DNA of 64,000 nucleotides from a virus (Duplodnaviria; Heunggongvirae; Uroviricota; Caudoviricetes): IMG/VR virus record IMGVR_UViG_3300020429_000539, positions 332,263 to 396,262 of that record; one strand, 5' to 3'. Shown piece by piece: positions 1 to 9,561 of this stretch (position 1 is its first letter; each line of letters starts with the position of its first letter). The notes under the pieces were generated by a model. It saw only the letters and a program-made list of their open reading frames with translations, ran no database searches and was not told where the DNA came from. The position numbers and the translations under genes were made by a program.

Positions 1-1
1 T

Positions 2-1093
2 AATACCGAGATTTCATGCCTTGTATCGCCTGACCTTGGAGATACATGGTTTGACCACAAAGGCATTGTTATTACCTCTGGCGATGAAGAGATTCGCTCT
101 CCATTTGTTGTTCCGGATTGGCAGTCGAATCGTATCAGTCTATTTTATGTATTGAATGACACGCTCTTTGAAAAAGAGGTGGACCCAAATAACTTTGATT
201 CTTCAGATTCGTTCAAGGCGTATCAGAGGCCGTTCAGATATGACGAGAATACTCCCAAAGATTTTGGTGTTGCCCATTTTTCGCAAAGAGGAAAAGACCT
301 TCGACAGACAGTATCTAATGTAGTGATAGGTAATATCGAAGGCGAGTTCTTGACTCGTGAACTTCGGATATCGAGCCTTCGTCTCAATCAACAAATCAAT
401 CCGGATAGAGAGAACCCACCAAGCCGTTTTAGGAGGTTTGGTGTTGCTGGAGATAGAAAAACTTATGAAGAGGGATTTCCAGAAGTCAACTACGTTGTAA
501 CCAAAGATAATCGAGGGGTCTTGAAGGTTATTTGGGCTGCTAATGGCCGACTGTTTACACGGGTTAGCCGAGACGACGGAACGGCTTGGTATGATGGCTT
601 GGCGGATGAAAGTAATGAGGGAATCGGTTTCCACAAAAACAACCTGGCGCAAGAGGTTAGGTTTATTGGGAACGTAGGCGCGGCATTCGATGATTTTACC
701 GATAGAATTAACATAGCTTATCTTGTAGATGGCATGATGTTTGTCAGACAGTTCGACTCCGATACTTTCAACCCTGATAGAAGAGATCGAGTTGCGGCGC
801 TGGACGCAGAAAGCACGAGAAATCCTCCTATATTTTGTGTAGGTCAGTTAGGGGAGGACGTAGCGATTGGTTTGGAGCAAGATAACTCGAATATCGTGTT
901 TTCCTATCCAGGACCATTAGACCATTTCAATGAGACCATGGCAATATCGGAAATACCGCCTGTTGGTTACACTTCATCGAGTGGTTATACAAGGTTCTAT
1001 TACAAGGACACAGAAGGAACGATACGAGGTCTAACTATTTCAAACAGAACTGTTGAGTTAGATGTAAAACAGAAGGTCATCGATGGGCGATAA
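2..1093 (+). CDS. Asp-box (BNR) repeat beta-propeller protein, probably virion-associated; 5'-truncated by the window edge
   Basis: The frame is open from position 2 (NTEISCLVSPDLGDTWFDH...), so the TTG at 152 is not the true start. Asp-box motifs SPDLGDTW and SRDDGTAW are present. Confidence 0.7.
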   Translation, partial: NTEISCLVSPDLGDTWFDHKGIVITSGDEEIRSPFVVPDWQSNRISLFYVLNDTLFEKEVDPNNFDSSDSFKAYQRPFRYDENTPKDFGVAHFSQRGKDLRQTVSNVVIGNIEGEFLTRELRISSLRLNQQINPDRENPPSRFRRFGVAGDRKTYEEGFPEVNYVVTKDNRGVLKVIWAANGRLFTRVSRDDGTAWYDGLADESNEGIGFHKNNLAQEVRFIGNVGAAFDDFTDRINIAYLVDGMMFVRQFDSDTFNPDRRDRVAALDAESTRNPPIFCVGQLGEDVAIGLEQDNSNIVFSYPGPLDHFNETMAISEIPPVGYTSSSGYTRFYYKDTEGTIRGLTISNRTVELDVKQKVIDGR

Positions 1094-4000
1094 GGGCATA
1101 GGCACAACTCCGAATAACGAGACGTTCCGTAGGGCTGTTCCAGGCTTTGCGGGCCAACTCAAGTGCGAATGCACCATTTGGGGCAACAAGCCTATCTATC
1201 GCCGTCGTCGCCAGGACCAGGGATTTATATTCTCTCCCGAGACGCTTAAACTTGTGCCCGAAGGTATTCGGGAGAAGTTGGACGCTATTCCTGGTATAGA
1301 CGGCGTGTTCCTGAATCCCCGTGTAGAGTATCAGCACAATTTTATATGCGCTACCAAAAAGACCGAATCTGAAGATCCTGATGAAAAGAATCCAGCCCGA
1401 GCCAATGAAAAAGCTTCTAAGGTCATTCCTCTTGAGCGATTAGAGTTCTACGACCAAATCAATACGGAACTCTTAATAGATGGTAGCGGAAACTCAATAC
1501 TGTCGTTAGATGGCAATGAGGCTATACAGGCTCTTCCCCAGGCATCTCATCATATGTGGGTCAACACGGGTAGCTTGTTTTCCTCATATGTTGTTCGACC
1601 CTCAGAGATAAATGAGTTTCCAGAGAGCGAAGCCGATAGGCTGAGATACCGTTTTTCTGCTAAATGGGGATACAGCGTATTTAATGCTGCCGCCAACAGT
1701 AGTAATGCTGAAGGCGTGGAAAGAGACTCAAGCCCCAACTGGGTCCGTCCAAGTCAGAAAGCAAACAAGACAGGTAGCCCTACAAATGACCTTGCTAATA
1801 TTGCAGGCGATGCGCTATCGGAGTTTACAGTTTCCGGAGGTTCTGATGATGTCTACAAGGACATAAATCCCGGTATCCATTGGCGAGTTGTAAAGAGAAC
1901 ATCCCTATTCCAAGGCGAAGACTTTTTTGTTGAGTTCAAGAAGGAAGCTCTTTCTAGCGATATCCCTGAGCTTGGTAGAGCCAAGTTCAAGATGCAGCAA
2001 GAGTTCAATTACATCGATATCAACTCTGTTCCTACAGACGGAACAGGCACTATCCCTCAAGAGGCTTTGATCGAACTTGATGGCGATGGCAACGTTAACA
2101 TTAATGCGTTGAAAAAGTTTGATTTCTCCCGTCAGGTCTATTACATGATTCAGCTTGGCGTGGATGCTGATGGGCCATATGACAAGACCGAGGAAGATGC
2201 AAACGGTTCGCCGCGAACTAGTGGGAAAAGTCCCGAGCATGGTCATGAGTATTGGATAATCATACCAGAAAAATCTAGCCCCATATTTTGTCATGCAGGT
2301 ATAGTCTATGAACTAAAGCCCGTACAAGAAATCGGAGAGACCGAGAGCGAGGCGGATAGTGCCCAAGATCAGCAGAACTGTCAAGAGAACTCAGCGGACG
2401 GCACTACTCAAGGCAGGCAAAGAACGGTTGATTTATCGGATGGCAAAAAACTTAGAAGGCTTTCTACATATAGAGGCGCAACGGGTCGTTCGCTTACGGA
2501 GCAAGAAAACTTGCGCGTTACCGTTCGACAGCATCTCGGTCGCCTTGTCATAACTTTTTCTGGCTATGAAGATAACCCATGGGTCATCAGTCGTGCAGAC
2601 CTCACCCCTCGCGAAGACAATGAGAAAGACGAGGAACCCAAGACAGAAAAAGACTTCTTGCAAGAGCGAGTTCCTATGGTTATTGCTCCTGCCCCTATTG
2701 CTATCATGGGAGGCAATAGGAAATGTTCATTTACTTTTGGAGCGCTTACGTATGATGAAGTTGCAAATACGGTGCTGCCTCAGCCACTTAGTATTCTCGG
2801 TCCTGTAGACAAGGAAGATATTCAGTTATTGCTTCGAGATAAGGGTCTTTCAAGAGTTGGACCGAATGCAGGTTCGCAGAACAGGTCGAATACATCAAAC
2901 CAGAGCGATAACGAAGACTCGTATGAGTTCACACAAGACGCAGAAATATTTGCTGAGGTTATCAAAAACAGAACAGTAGAAACAGCAGCTATTGATATAC
3001 AACCTGAAGCTGTCTTCTTACAGGGTAAGGCTCCTAATGCACAGCAGGACGGTGGGGCTCGTGGCCGAACTCAATCGGAAATAGGGCTTTCGATGAGGGA
3101 GTGCGCCTCAAACGTTGGCTCAGAATCTCCAAACGTCAAGCAAATACAGGTCTTGTTTAGGCTTGTGCCAGGAGATTATATATTCCCTTCAATCGAAGGC
3201 GATGGCGATGAAGGTGATGGCTGGATGTATCAGCGATGCATAACTCCCATTGTAACAGGCTATAGACTTTATGTCCCTGCATCCGGTGTAGCATACAATA
3301 AAAACGAGATTGATGTTAGTCACCATGTTATGTCCTACGAGGAAACATGGAGCGAGCAAGACATGCTTCAGCTTGAACACTCAGGCACTATCAAGTTCCT
3401 TATTAATGCGGGTATGGAGTTTCAGGATGAGACTAATTATGCTCCGTATATTGCCAGCTTAGCAGATAAGGCTTTCTACATACAGCTTGCTGTTTGGTGG
3501 GAAGGTGGAGTTATGCCTTTGTCGCCAAGGCAGCGAGACAGGGTATTGATAACAGGCATCTGCCATGGTGGAGAAATCACATTTGAAAACAATAAGAGAG
3601 TCATGACTTGCGAAGTCGAAGACTATATGGGTATTCTTCGCAATCAGTTATTCATGAACTCTCCATTCTTTGATAAGATGCGAGATTTCAATGCTGTTTA
3701 TGAGATATTACAATTGGCTGGATTCCGCGACGGAACCAATGAAGATGGAGACGTTACCGATTCTACGCAGCCCGCTTCTCTGTTAAGAACTTATACTAAT
3801 CGAAGAGACGAAGAAGAGTTTTTCTTCACCATTCATAACGGAGAGACAGTCCTCAATAGAGAGTATGCTTTACCTGGCGCATATGATATTCTACAAGAGC
3901 CGTTTTTGCGATTCAAGGATGGCGAGAAGTATTACGATGCCCTTGTTAGGATGTCAACACTTTCAGGCAAGGTCATGTATTTTGACCGTCTTGGTGTGTT

Positions 4001-4649
4001 CCATTTTGATATGCTTCCCTACGAGCAAGACCTCTTCAACTTCCAGCAGAGAGAGGGGCGTGACTCTGATTTCGAGCCCATTGACTATGAACGTCTTGCG
4101 AAAATCAAGTTCATTGCGTCGCCTGATGCTGTGGACAGTCCAGAGGTTCATAGACAAGTATTTAATGCTTACACAGTCAAGCGGCACGTAGAAGATGTTG
4201 TCAACGATGTTCGCATCATATCGACGACGCCAAACGGCGAGCTTTTGATTGCAGGACATACCAACTTTGATTCGCTATTTGATGCTGATTCGCCAGGCTT
4301 CTTGGGGTATCCAAAGCAGTTTATTCAGATGGATGGTATATTCGGTGACGAGCAAACTGTCAAATGGGTTCTCAAGAACTATACCAAGATGTTTATACCA
4401 CCGTTGAGTATACGCTTTGAGGCCGTGGGTCACAACAATATCAAAGCCCTTGATGTTGTGACGTTCCAGGGACTCGGCATGAGAGAGCCACAGCCTCTTA
4501 TTGTCGGTAACGTAAGTTCTACAATTGACCCTGCAAGCAATACGTGGATGCAGAAGTTTGAATGCTACTGGCTGTTCCCATCGACAAACATCGAGTTCGG
4601 AGAAACGGATGTTGTCGGCGTAAGTCCAACAGGAAGTTTGAGTCCTTAA
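1083..4649 (+). CDS. Large virion structural protein, probable baseplate hub/Tal-like (1188 aa)
   Basis: The C-terminal ~450 aa follow the tail-hub pattern: IDVSHHVMSYEETW...MTCEVEDYMGIL...FKDGEKYYDALVRMSTLSGKVMYFDRLGVFHF...VVNDVRII...LSIRFEAVGHNNIKALDVVTF...IVGNVSSTID. It heads the structural block. Confidence 0.55.
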   Translation: MGDKGIGTTPNNETFRRAVPGFAGQLKCECTIWGNKPIYRRRRQDQGFIFSPETLKLVPEGIREKLDAIPGIDGVFLNPRVEYQHNFICATKKTESEDPDEKNPARANEKASKVIPLERLEFYDQINTELLIDGSGNSILSLDGNEAIQALPQASHHMWVNTGSLFSSYVVRPSEINEFPESEADRLRYRFSAKWGYSVFNAAANSSNAEGVERDSSPNWVRPSQKANKTGSPTNDLANIAGDALSEFTVSGGSDDVYKDINPGIHWRVVKRTSLFQGEDFFVEFKKEALSSDIPELGRAKFKMQQEFNYIDINSVPTDGTGTIPQEALIELDGDGNVNINALKKFDFSRQVYYMIQLGVDADGPYDKTEEDANGSPRTSGKSPEHGHEYWIIIPEKSSPIFCHAGIVYELKPVQEIGETESEADSAQDQQNCQENSADGTTQGRQRTVDLSDGKKLRRLSTYRGATGRSLTEQENLRVTVRQHLGRLVITFSGYEDNPWVISRADLTPREDNEKDEEPKTEKDFLQERVPMVIAPAPIAIMGGNRKCSFTFGALTYDEVANTVLPQPLSILGPVDKEDIQLLLRDKGLSRVGPNAGSQNRSNTSNQSDNEDSYEFTQDAEIFAEVIKNRTVETAAIDIQPEAVFLQGKAPNAQQDGGARGRTQSEIGLSMRECASNVGSESPNVKQIQVLFRLVPGDYIFPSIEGDGDEGDGWMYQRCITPIVTGYRLYVPASGVAYNKNEIDVSHHVMSYEETWSEQDMLQLEHSGTIKFLINAGMEFQDETNYAPYIASLADKAFYIQLAVWWEGGVMPLSPRQRDRVLITGICHGGEITFENNKRVMTCEVEDYMGILRNQLFMNSPFFDKMRDFNAVYEILQLAGFRDGTNEDGDVTDSTQPASLLRTYTNRRDEEEFFFTIHNGETVLNREYALPGAYDILQEPFLRFKDGEKYYDALVRMSTLSGKVMYFDRLGVFHFDMLPYEQDLFNFQQREGRDSDFEPIDYERLAKIKFIASPDAVDSPEVHRQVFNAYTVKRHVEDVVNDVRIISTTPNGELLIAGHTNFDSLFDADSPGFLGYPKQFIQMDGIFGDEQTVKWVLKNYTKMFIPPLSIRFEAVGHNNIKALDVVTFQGLGMREPQPLIVGNVSSTIDPASNTWMQKFECYWLFPSTNIEFGETDVVGVSPTGSLSP

Positions 4650-4686
4650 TAGAGGAAAAGATTGAAAACTATGCAAAGGAGATATC

Positions 4687-4902
4687 ATGTCTAGTTCATC
4701 AGTTAGAAATAATTCACGTCAAATACAAGACCGAGCCCACCAGTCTGGCGAGCGTCAGATGACGCTGCGAGAGGTTCAGGATACTGTTCGCGAATCTCGA
4801 CAAGGTTTTCGTGGAACAGGTATGTACCAACTTTCTCGATACTACTCTCAAGAGGGCCTTTTGGTTATAGGTATGGGCGGACCTCCGACAGTAGGTAAAT
4901 AA
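4687..4902 (+). CDS. Small hypothetical protein (71 aa)
   Basis: An AAAGGAG Shine-Dalgarno lies just upstream of the ATG. The ORF fills the gap between two structural genes and stops 2 nt before the next ATG. Confidence 0.7.
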   Translation: MSSSSVRNNSRQIQDRAHQSGERQMTLREVQDTVRESRQGFRGTGMYQLSRYYSQEGLLVIGMGGPPTVGK

Positions 4903-4904
4903 GC

Positions 4905-7900
4905 ATGGCCGGTCAAACTCCTTTTTATGGTATGGCGTATTTTGACTTTAGGGATCGTCTCGATCTCCCAGTCAACGTGCGCAAGGAGATTGACCGATTC
5001 TTGCTCATTGATAAACAGCTATATGGTCTTTATACTATTTTTGGTAATGGTGTTATTTCAGGTTGGACTGTTAGAGAGAAAGACCGAACTTCAACGTCTA
5101 GCAATCCTATAGCTCTTACTATTGAGCCTGGTATTGGCATCATTGGTCTCGTTGCGGCAGAGACCTCGGCTCCGACCGATTTGCTTGAGTTGCCCTCAAA
5201 TGATACGTTCGATATTTATGCTACTGTTGCAGGCGGGACATCAGCAAACCGTGTTGTCCGCTTTGTTTGGAGTCGCCTCGCTCTCGGGTCGGGGTCAGTT
5301 CGTCTTGCTCGTGTAACGACGGGCTCTGCGAGTATCTTGAGCGTTGACACGGCATTTCGTGATGAGATTGGCTTCATTGAACTTATCCGCGAAGAAGTGG
5401 CTAATCACAAGCACCGAGGTTCGCCTACCAAGATTAACCTCCGAAGCGAGACCAGGAACCAGTTGCCTGGCGCTCGTGTTGAAGACTTCGACGCCTCAAA
5501 GGTTGTTAGTGGTCGCCTTGACCCTGAGAGGATTCCCGTCCTTGACCATAATGACCTCACGAATAAGGGTCTTCTGACGCACGCAGGCTTGGACTCATTT
5601 GTTCGTGTTATTACATCAGGTAATCGCGAACTTTTAGGCGAAGTTGCTAGCACAAACCTTATGAAGCTGTTGACAGCTTGGAAGTATAGCAATCCAGAAG
5701 TTGAAGATGGTTTCAACAACAATATTGTTGTTATACCTGGTATTACTGATAACTCGTTTATTGATTTTGATGCATCAACTGCGTATATTGGCTTGCCGAC
5801 CAACTGTATATCAGGTATGCCAACTGCAACAGGACAGATATCGTCTGTGTTTTGGGAGACAACAACAGCCTTCCTTACGGCTCACGACCGAAACCTTGTC
5901 ACAATAGCTTCTGACCAAGTAGCTCTCACGCGAGGCGGTTCGAGCAGTTTATTCATCGAGAACTTTGAACAAGTTGCGTCAGGTAATGTTGCAATACCTG
6001 GTTTCTTTGCATCAACTGAGGTTATAGACGATAATCTCGGCGTTACGTCTGAGGATGCGGATACGCTTCGCACGCAAGGTTTCTACAGTGGTAAATTCAA
6101 TACAGACCGTGATTTTCGTATTTTGTATACGAGAACATTGTCGGCGAATAGAGACTGGTCGCTGTTTGATGAGATAGTTCTTGACGTTAAGAGCCTGTCC
6201 CTGTCTCATGGTGCGGTCTTTATGTATTTTATCAATGAGGACGAAAATGGGACTGAGCAAACCTCTTCCGAGTTCCTTGTTCTTGGCGAAGATGAGATAA
6301 CAACAAATCCTGATCCCGACCTTAACGGTTTTGAGCGAAGGTCATTTTCTATTGAGAATGTAAACCGTGGCAATATTACAAAGATTGTTTTCTATACAGA
6401 TGATACACGAAGTAAGTTTGAGTTTTGGGTAGACAACATCTTCCTGAGAAATCAAGCGCTTTATCCACCCGAAGGCTTTATCCGGTTCCGTTATTCGAGC
6501 CAAGTTCCTGTTGTTTTCAACTCAATCAACTATGAAACGCAAGTTCCAGATGGAACGGATATACGTTTCCGTGTGAGAACAGCTAACTCGCCGACTCTGC
6601 TTAATAGGGCGTCTTATGGCTCTCTATTGAACTCTGGCGATGTATTCTCACTAGAAGGAACAGATATTGAGATTGACGTTCTTCTGTTATCAGATGAGGA
6701 CCGCTCTTCTACTCCTATCTTAGATTCTTTGGAGCTACAGTATATTGTGGCTTCTGAAGAAGTTGGTTTCTCTATCTCTGATGCTGACGAATGGGACAGA
6801 GGTTCGTATGTTAACATGGAACGTGACATCGATGAGTTTACTTTTGGTTCGTTCGTTAAGATAGCTGACAAAATTGCAGTCAACAATATGTACTACACGT
6901 TCAAGAACGTGATTACAGAGATAGATCCTGATAGAGTAGCTGTTGTTGGTTTTCAAGGTGCTAGATATCCTCTTTCGCCTAAGCAGGCGTTCAACTTTGG
7001 CCCCAACCAGGGTGCGAGAGGATTCAAGTACGCATTTTCTGCCTATCGCTTAGAAGACAAGAACTATATCATTGCAGACACGGATAATGACCGGATTATT
7101 CTTGCGAAGCCAGATGGAACTTTCCTAAAGGGTTTGGCAAGCCACAACATTGCAGATGAGACATTCTTTTATCCTTTGACAGCTTCTTATAATGCAAGAA
7201 CTGGTATATTGACTACAGCTTTTTCGCAAGAAGTAGAGATTGATGATATTGACCTTACCAAAATCCGTTTGTGGATTGGCGGTTCATTTATTGACCTTGG
7301 ACCGAACGACACGCTAGTTGAACCGACAAAGACAAAGAGGATTCTTGAAATCAACCTCTCGCGTGACAAGAGAGAACAGCTTAGGGAAACCGCTTCGAAC
7401 GTTTCTGTGCAATATCGCACAGGAGCTTTCCCTATCGATTTTCAGCCTACCGCTTCATCCGAGGGCGTCATTGGGCTTCGAGGTATCGAGGTCTTCTTGG
7501 GCGACATGACGTTCATTGACGGCATCAGAAGGCCAATTTTTGCGAATGTCTTGAACAACGGCAACTGGATACTCGCTAACTCAAGCATCGCTTTTGATGA
7601 GGCGGGAGCCGCCGGTGCGTCGGTTCGTGTTGAGGTGAAGGTCGGTGAGACGGCAAGCTTTGATGTTGAGGTTGACGAACCCGATGATGGCTTTGTAATC
7701 AACTGGAGTCCGCAGATTCCGGCAGAGCTAACAAACATTATATCTACGTCTTCGCCTCCTCCAGGTAATAGATTGACTGTAAACGTTCAGAATCCAACGG
7801 CTGATCTTGTTCGAGAATATACGCTCATATTTATTGCAAACTATGTTAATAACGATGACCAAACCCAAAACTTTAGCACACAGACGCAGGTTGTGCTTGC

Positions 7901-8441
7901 CATCTTGCCAGAGGATGATTCAGGTGGTGGCGGAGAAATTACGACTGCTGCTTCGATTCTAGAGGTTGACGTAGACAATGAGGAGGTCGAGTTCTCATAC
8001 GACCTTATTCGTTTCTCTGACTTCTCGCTTGGTTCGGTGTATGAGGTTGATGACAACTTCTTTTTGATTGCAGGCATTGTAAGTCTTGAGGATGATATTC
8101 CGCCACCAGGCGGCGGACAGACGCCTCCTGATGGTGAAACATTCCAAGAAGAAGCAATCCGTAAACTCACGGGCTATAGAGGTAAAGTTATCCTGTTATC
8201 TCGCGATTCAAAGTCAATCAGTTTTCAATATGATACTCCAGACGGTTCATATGCTAGCGACGCGGTGATCGATTCAAACGGAAACTACGTTATTGCCGAA
8301 AGTAGTTTTGTACAGACCGCCGGTCGGGTTGTCAAGGTTGATGATTTTGGTAATGTCATTTGGCAGATTGGCGGAGGCGAGTTTAGCAAAATCAACGATG
8401 TTCGTGCATTGTTGAATGACAATATTATCGTTAGCACATGA
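4905..8441 (+). CDS. Tail fibre/baseplate-attached virion protein (1178 aa) with N-terminal anchor domain, jelly-roll modules and NHL-like propeller
   Basis: The N-terminus MAGQTPFYGMAYF...IDKQL...GNGVISGW resembles fibre anchor domains and is paralogous to the ORF at 29681. It has an HKH motif, a DASKVVSGRLDPERIP shaft repeat, and NHL-like YIIADTDNDRI and YASDAVIDSNGNYVIAES. Confidence 0.6.
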   Translation: MAGQTPFYGMAYFDFRDRLDLPVNVRKEIDRFLLIDKQLYGLYTIFGNGVISGWTVREKDRTSTSSNPIALTIEPGIGIIGLVAAETSAPTDLLELPSNDTFDIYATVAGGTSANRVVRFVWSRLALGSGSVRLARVTTGSASILSVDTAFRDEIGFIELIREEVANHKHRGSPTKINLRSETRNQLPGARVEDFDASKVVSGRLDPERIPVLDHNDLTNKGLLTHAGLDSFVRVITSGNRELLGEVASTNLMKLLTAWKYSNPEVEDGFNNNIVVIPGITDNSFIDFDASTAYIGLPTNCISGMPTATGQISSVFWETTTAFLTAHDRNLVTIASDQVALTRGGSSSLFIENFEQVASGNVAIPGFFASTEVIDDNLGVTSEDADTLRTQGFYSGKFNTDRDFRILYTRTLSANRDWSLFDEIVLDVKSLSLSHGAVFMYFINEDENGTEQTSSEFLVLGEDEITTNPDPDLNGFERRSFSIENVNRGNITKIVFYTDDTRSKFEFWVDNIFLRNQALYPPEGFIRFRYSSQVPVVFNSINYETQVPDGTDIRFRVRTANSPTLLNRASYGSLLNSGDVFSLEGTDIEIDVLLLSDEDRSSTPILDSLELQYIVASEEVGFSISDADEWDRGSYVNMERDIDEFTFGSFVKIADKIAVNNMYYTFKNVITEIDPDRVAVVGFQGARYPLSPKQAFNFGPNQGARGFKYAFSAYRLEDKNYIIADTDNDRIILAKPDGTFLKGLASHNIADETFFYPLTASYNARTGILTTAFSQEVEIDDIDLTKIRLWIGGSFIDLGPNDTLVEPTKTKRILEINLSRDKREQLRETASNVSVQYRTGAFPIDFQPTASSEGVIGLRGIEVFLGDMTFIDGIRRPIFANVLNNGNWILANSSIAFDEAGAAGASVRVEVKVGETASFDVEVDEPDDGFVINWSPQIPAELTNIISTSSPPPGNRLTVNVQNPTADLVREYTLIFIANYVNNDDQTQNFSTQTQVVLAILPEDDSGGGGEITTAASILEVDVDNEEVEFSYDLIRFSDFSLGSVYEVDDNFFLIAGIVSLEDDIPPPGGGQTPPDGETFQEEAIRKLTGYRGKVILLSRDSKSISFQYDTPDGSYASDAVIDSNGNYVIAESSFVQTAGRVVKVDDFGNVIWQIGGGEFSKINDVRALLNDNIIVST

Positions 8442-8448
8442 GTTGAGC

Positions 8449-9561
8449 ATGATACCAATAGATTATGTCTGTTTCGTGAATCAAACCGGATATGCGCAGG
8501 CGGCTCTGGCTAACGCATTTGCTCTTGATGATAGCGGTAAGTATGACGTTCGTATCAATTGCATACATAACAAGCCTCAAGGACAGGCGTTCTCTCGCGA
8601 AGAATACAGCCGCATCCGCGCTCTGATGTCAAAACCTCAGAACACAAACGCGGTTCAAGTTTTTCATTGCATACCCGACATGCACAGAAGGGTCGCCAAC
8701 CTTCGTAAAAAAGTCGGATACGCAACCTTTGAAAGCTTTGCTCCCCCTTCACGATGGATAGCCGCTCTCAATCGCTGCGACGCCGTGATAGCCGCGAGCA
8801 AGTTCAACAAGAATACCTTCGAGAACAAGGGTGTAACCCGTCCAATTTTTCATATTCCTCACTGCATCGACCTTGACCGCTGGAACGATAGAGTAGAGCC
8901 TCTAAGCCAGCACGACAGGTTTACCTTTTTGTTTGTTGGAACTTGGCGCAAAAGGAAGGGTTGGGATCTGCTTCTTGAGGCTTGGGCGAAAGAGTTTAGC
9001 GAAGAAGATGATGTACAGCTTGTTATCAAGACCGACAGAGTGGACCGCGCGGAAAGAGAGGCAACAGCCCACTTGCAACAATTTAAGAAGGATTATGCCC
9101 CCGTTTTGTTTGAAAAGAAAGTATTAGATGAGAAGGACATGCCCTCGTTCTTCCGCTCAGCAGATTGTTTTATCTGTCCTACTCTTGGAGAAGGATTCGG
9201 TTTACCTGCCATTCAGAGCATGGCTATCAATCTTCCTGTAATCATAACTAAGTTTTCCGGCTGTTGTGATTATGCGGACGAGGATAGATGTTATGTCCTA
9301 GAGCCGTCTGGCTTTATGGTTCATGAATGCCTTGATAGCATACCTCAGTTTGCTGGACAGAAGTGGCCTAGAATCAAAGTTAGCGATATACGAGAGGCAA
9401 TGAGACTTGTGATAAGGAATAAAGCCCAAAATCTTCGTAAAACAGATAAGGCATATGATTTTGTTCGAGAAAACTTTAGCTACTCCAAGATAGTAGAAAA
9501 GTTCGATAATATGATGGAGAGTGTCTACAGTGCGGACGTTGCTGAAACTACAACCATTTAG
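8449..9561 (+). CDS. Glycosyltransferase family 4 (GT-B fold)
   Basis: Motifs TGYAQAA, FTFLFVGTWRKRKGWDLLLEAW and ADCFICPTLGEGFGLPAIQSMA (EGFGLP signature). ATG 8449, 7 nt after the upstream stop, is preferred over 8416. Confidence 0.9.
   Translation: MIPIDYVCFVNQTGYAQAALANAFALDDSGKYDVRINCIHNKPQGQAFSREEYSRIRALMSKPQNTNAVQVFHCIPDMHRRVANLRKKVGYATFESFAPPSRWIAALNRCDAVIAASKFNKNTFENKGVTRPIFHIPHCIDLDRWNDRVEPLSQHDRFTFLFVGTWRKRKGWDLLLEAWAKEFSEEDDVQLVIKTDRVDRAEREATAHLQQFKKDYAPVLFEKKVLDEKDMPSFFRSADCFICPTLGEGFGLPAIQSMAINLPVIITKFSGCCDYADEDRCYVLEPSGFMVHECLDSIPQFAGQKWPRIKVSDIREAMRLVIRNKAQNLRKTDKAYDFVRENFSYSKIVEKFDNMMESVYSADVAETTTI

Noticed and set aside
8416-8448. Track start sites at 152, 8416, 50128, 52856, 54877, 57915 and 58754
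   Set aside because: Better starts are supported by Shine-Dalgarno or stop/start coupling at 8449, 50161, 52871, 54880, 57921 and 58757. The first ORF begins upstream of the window.
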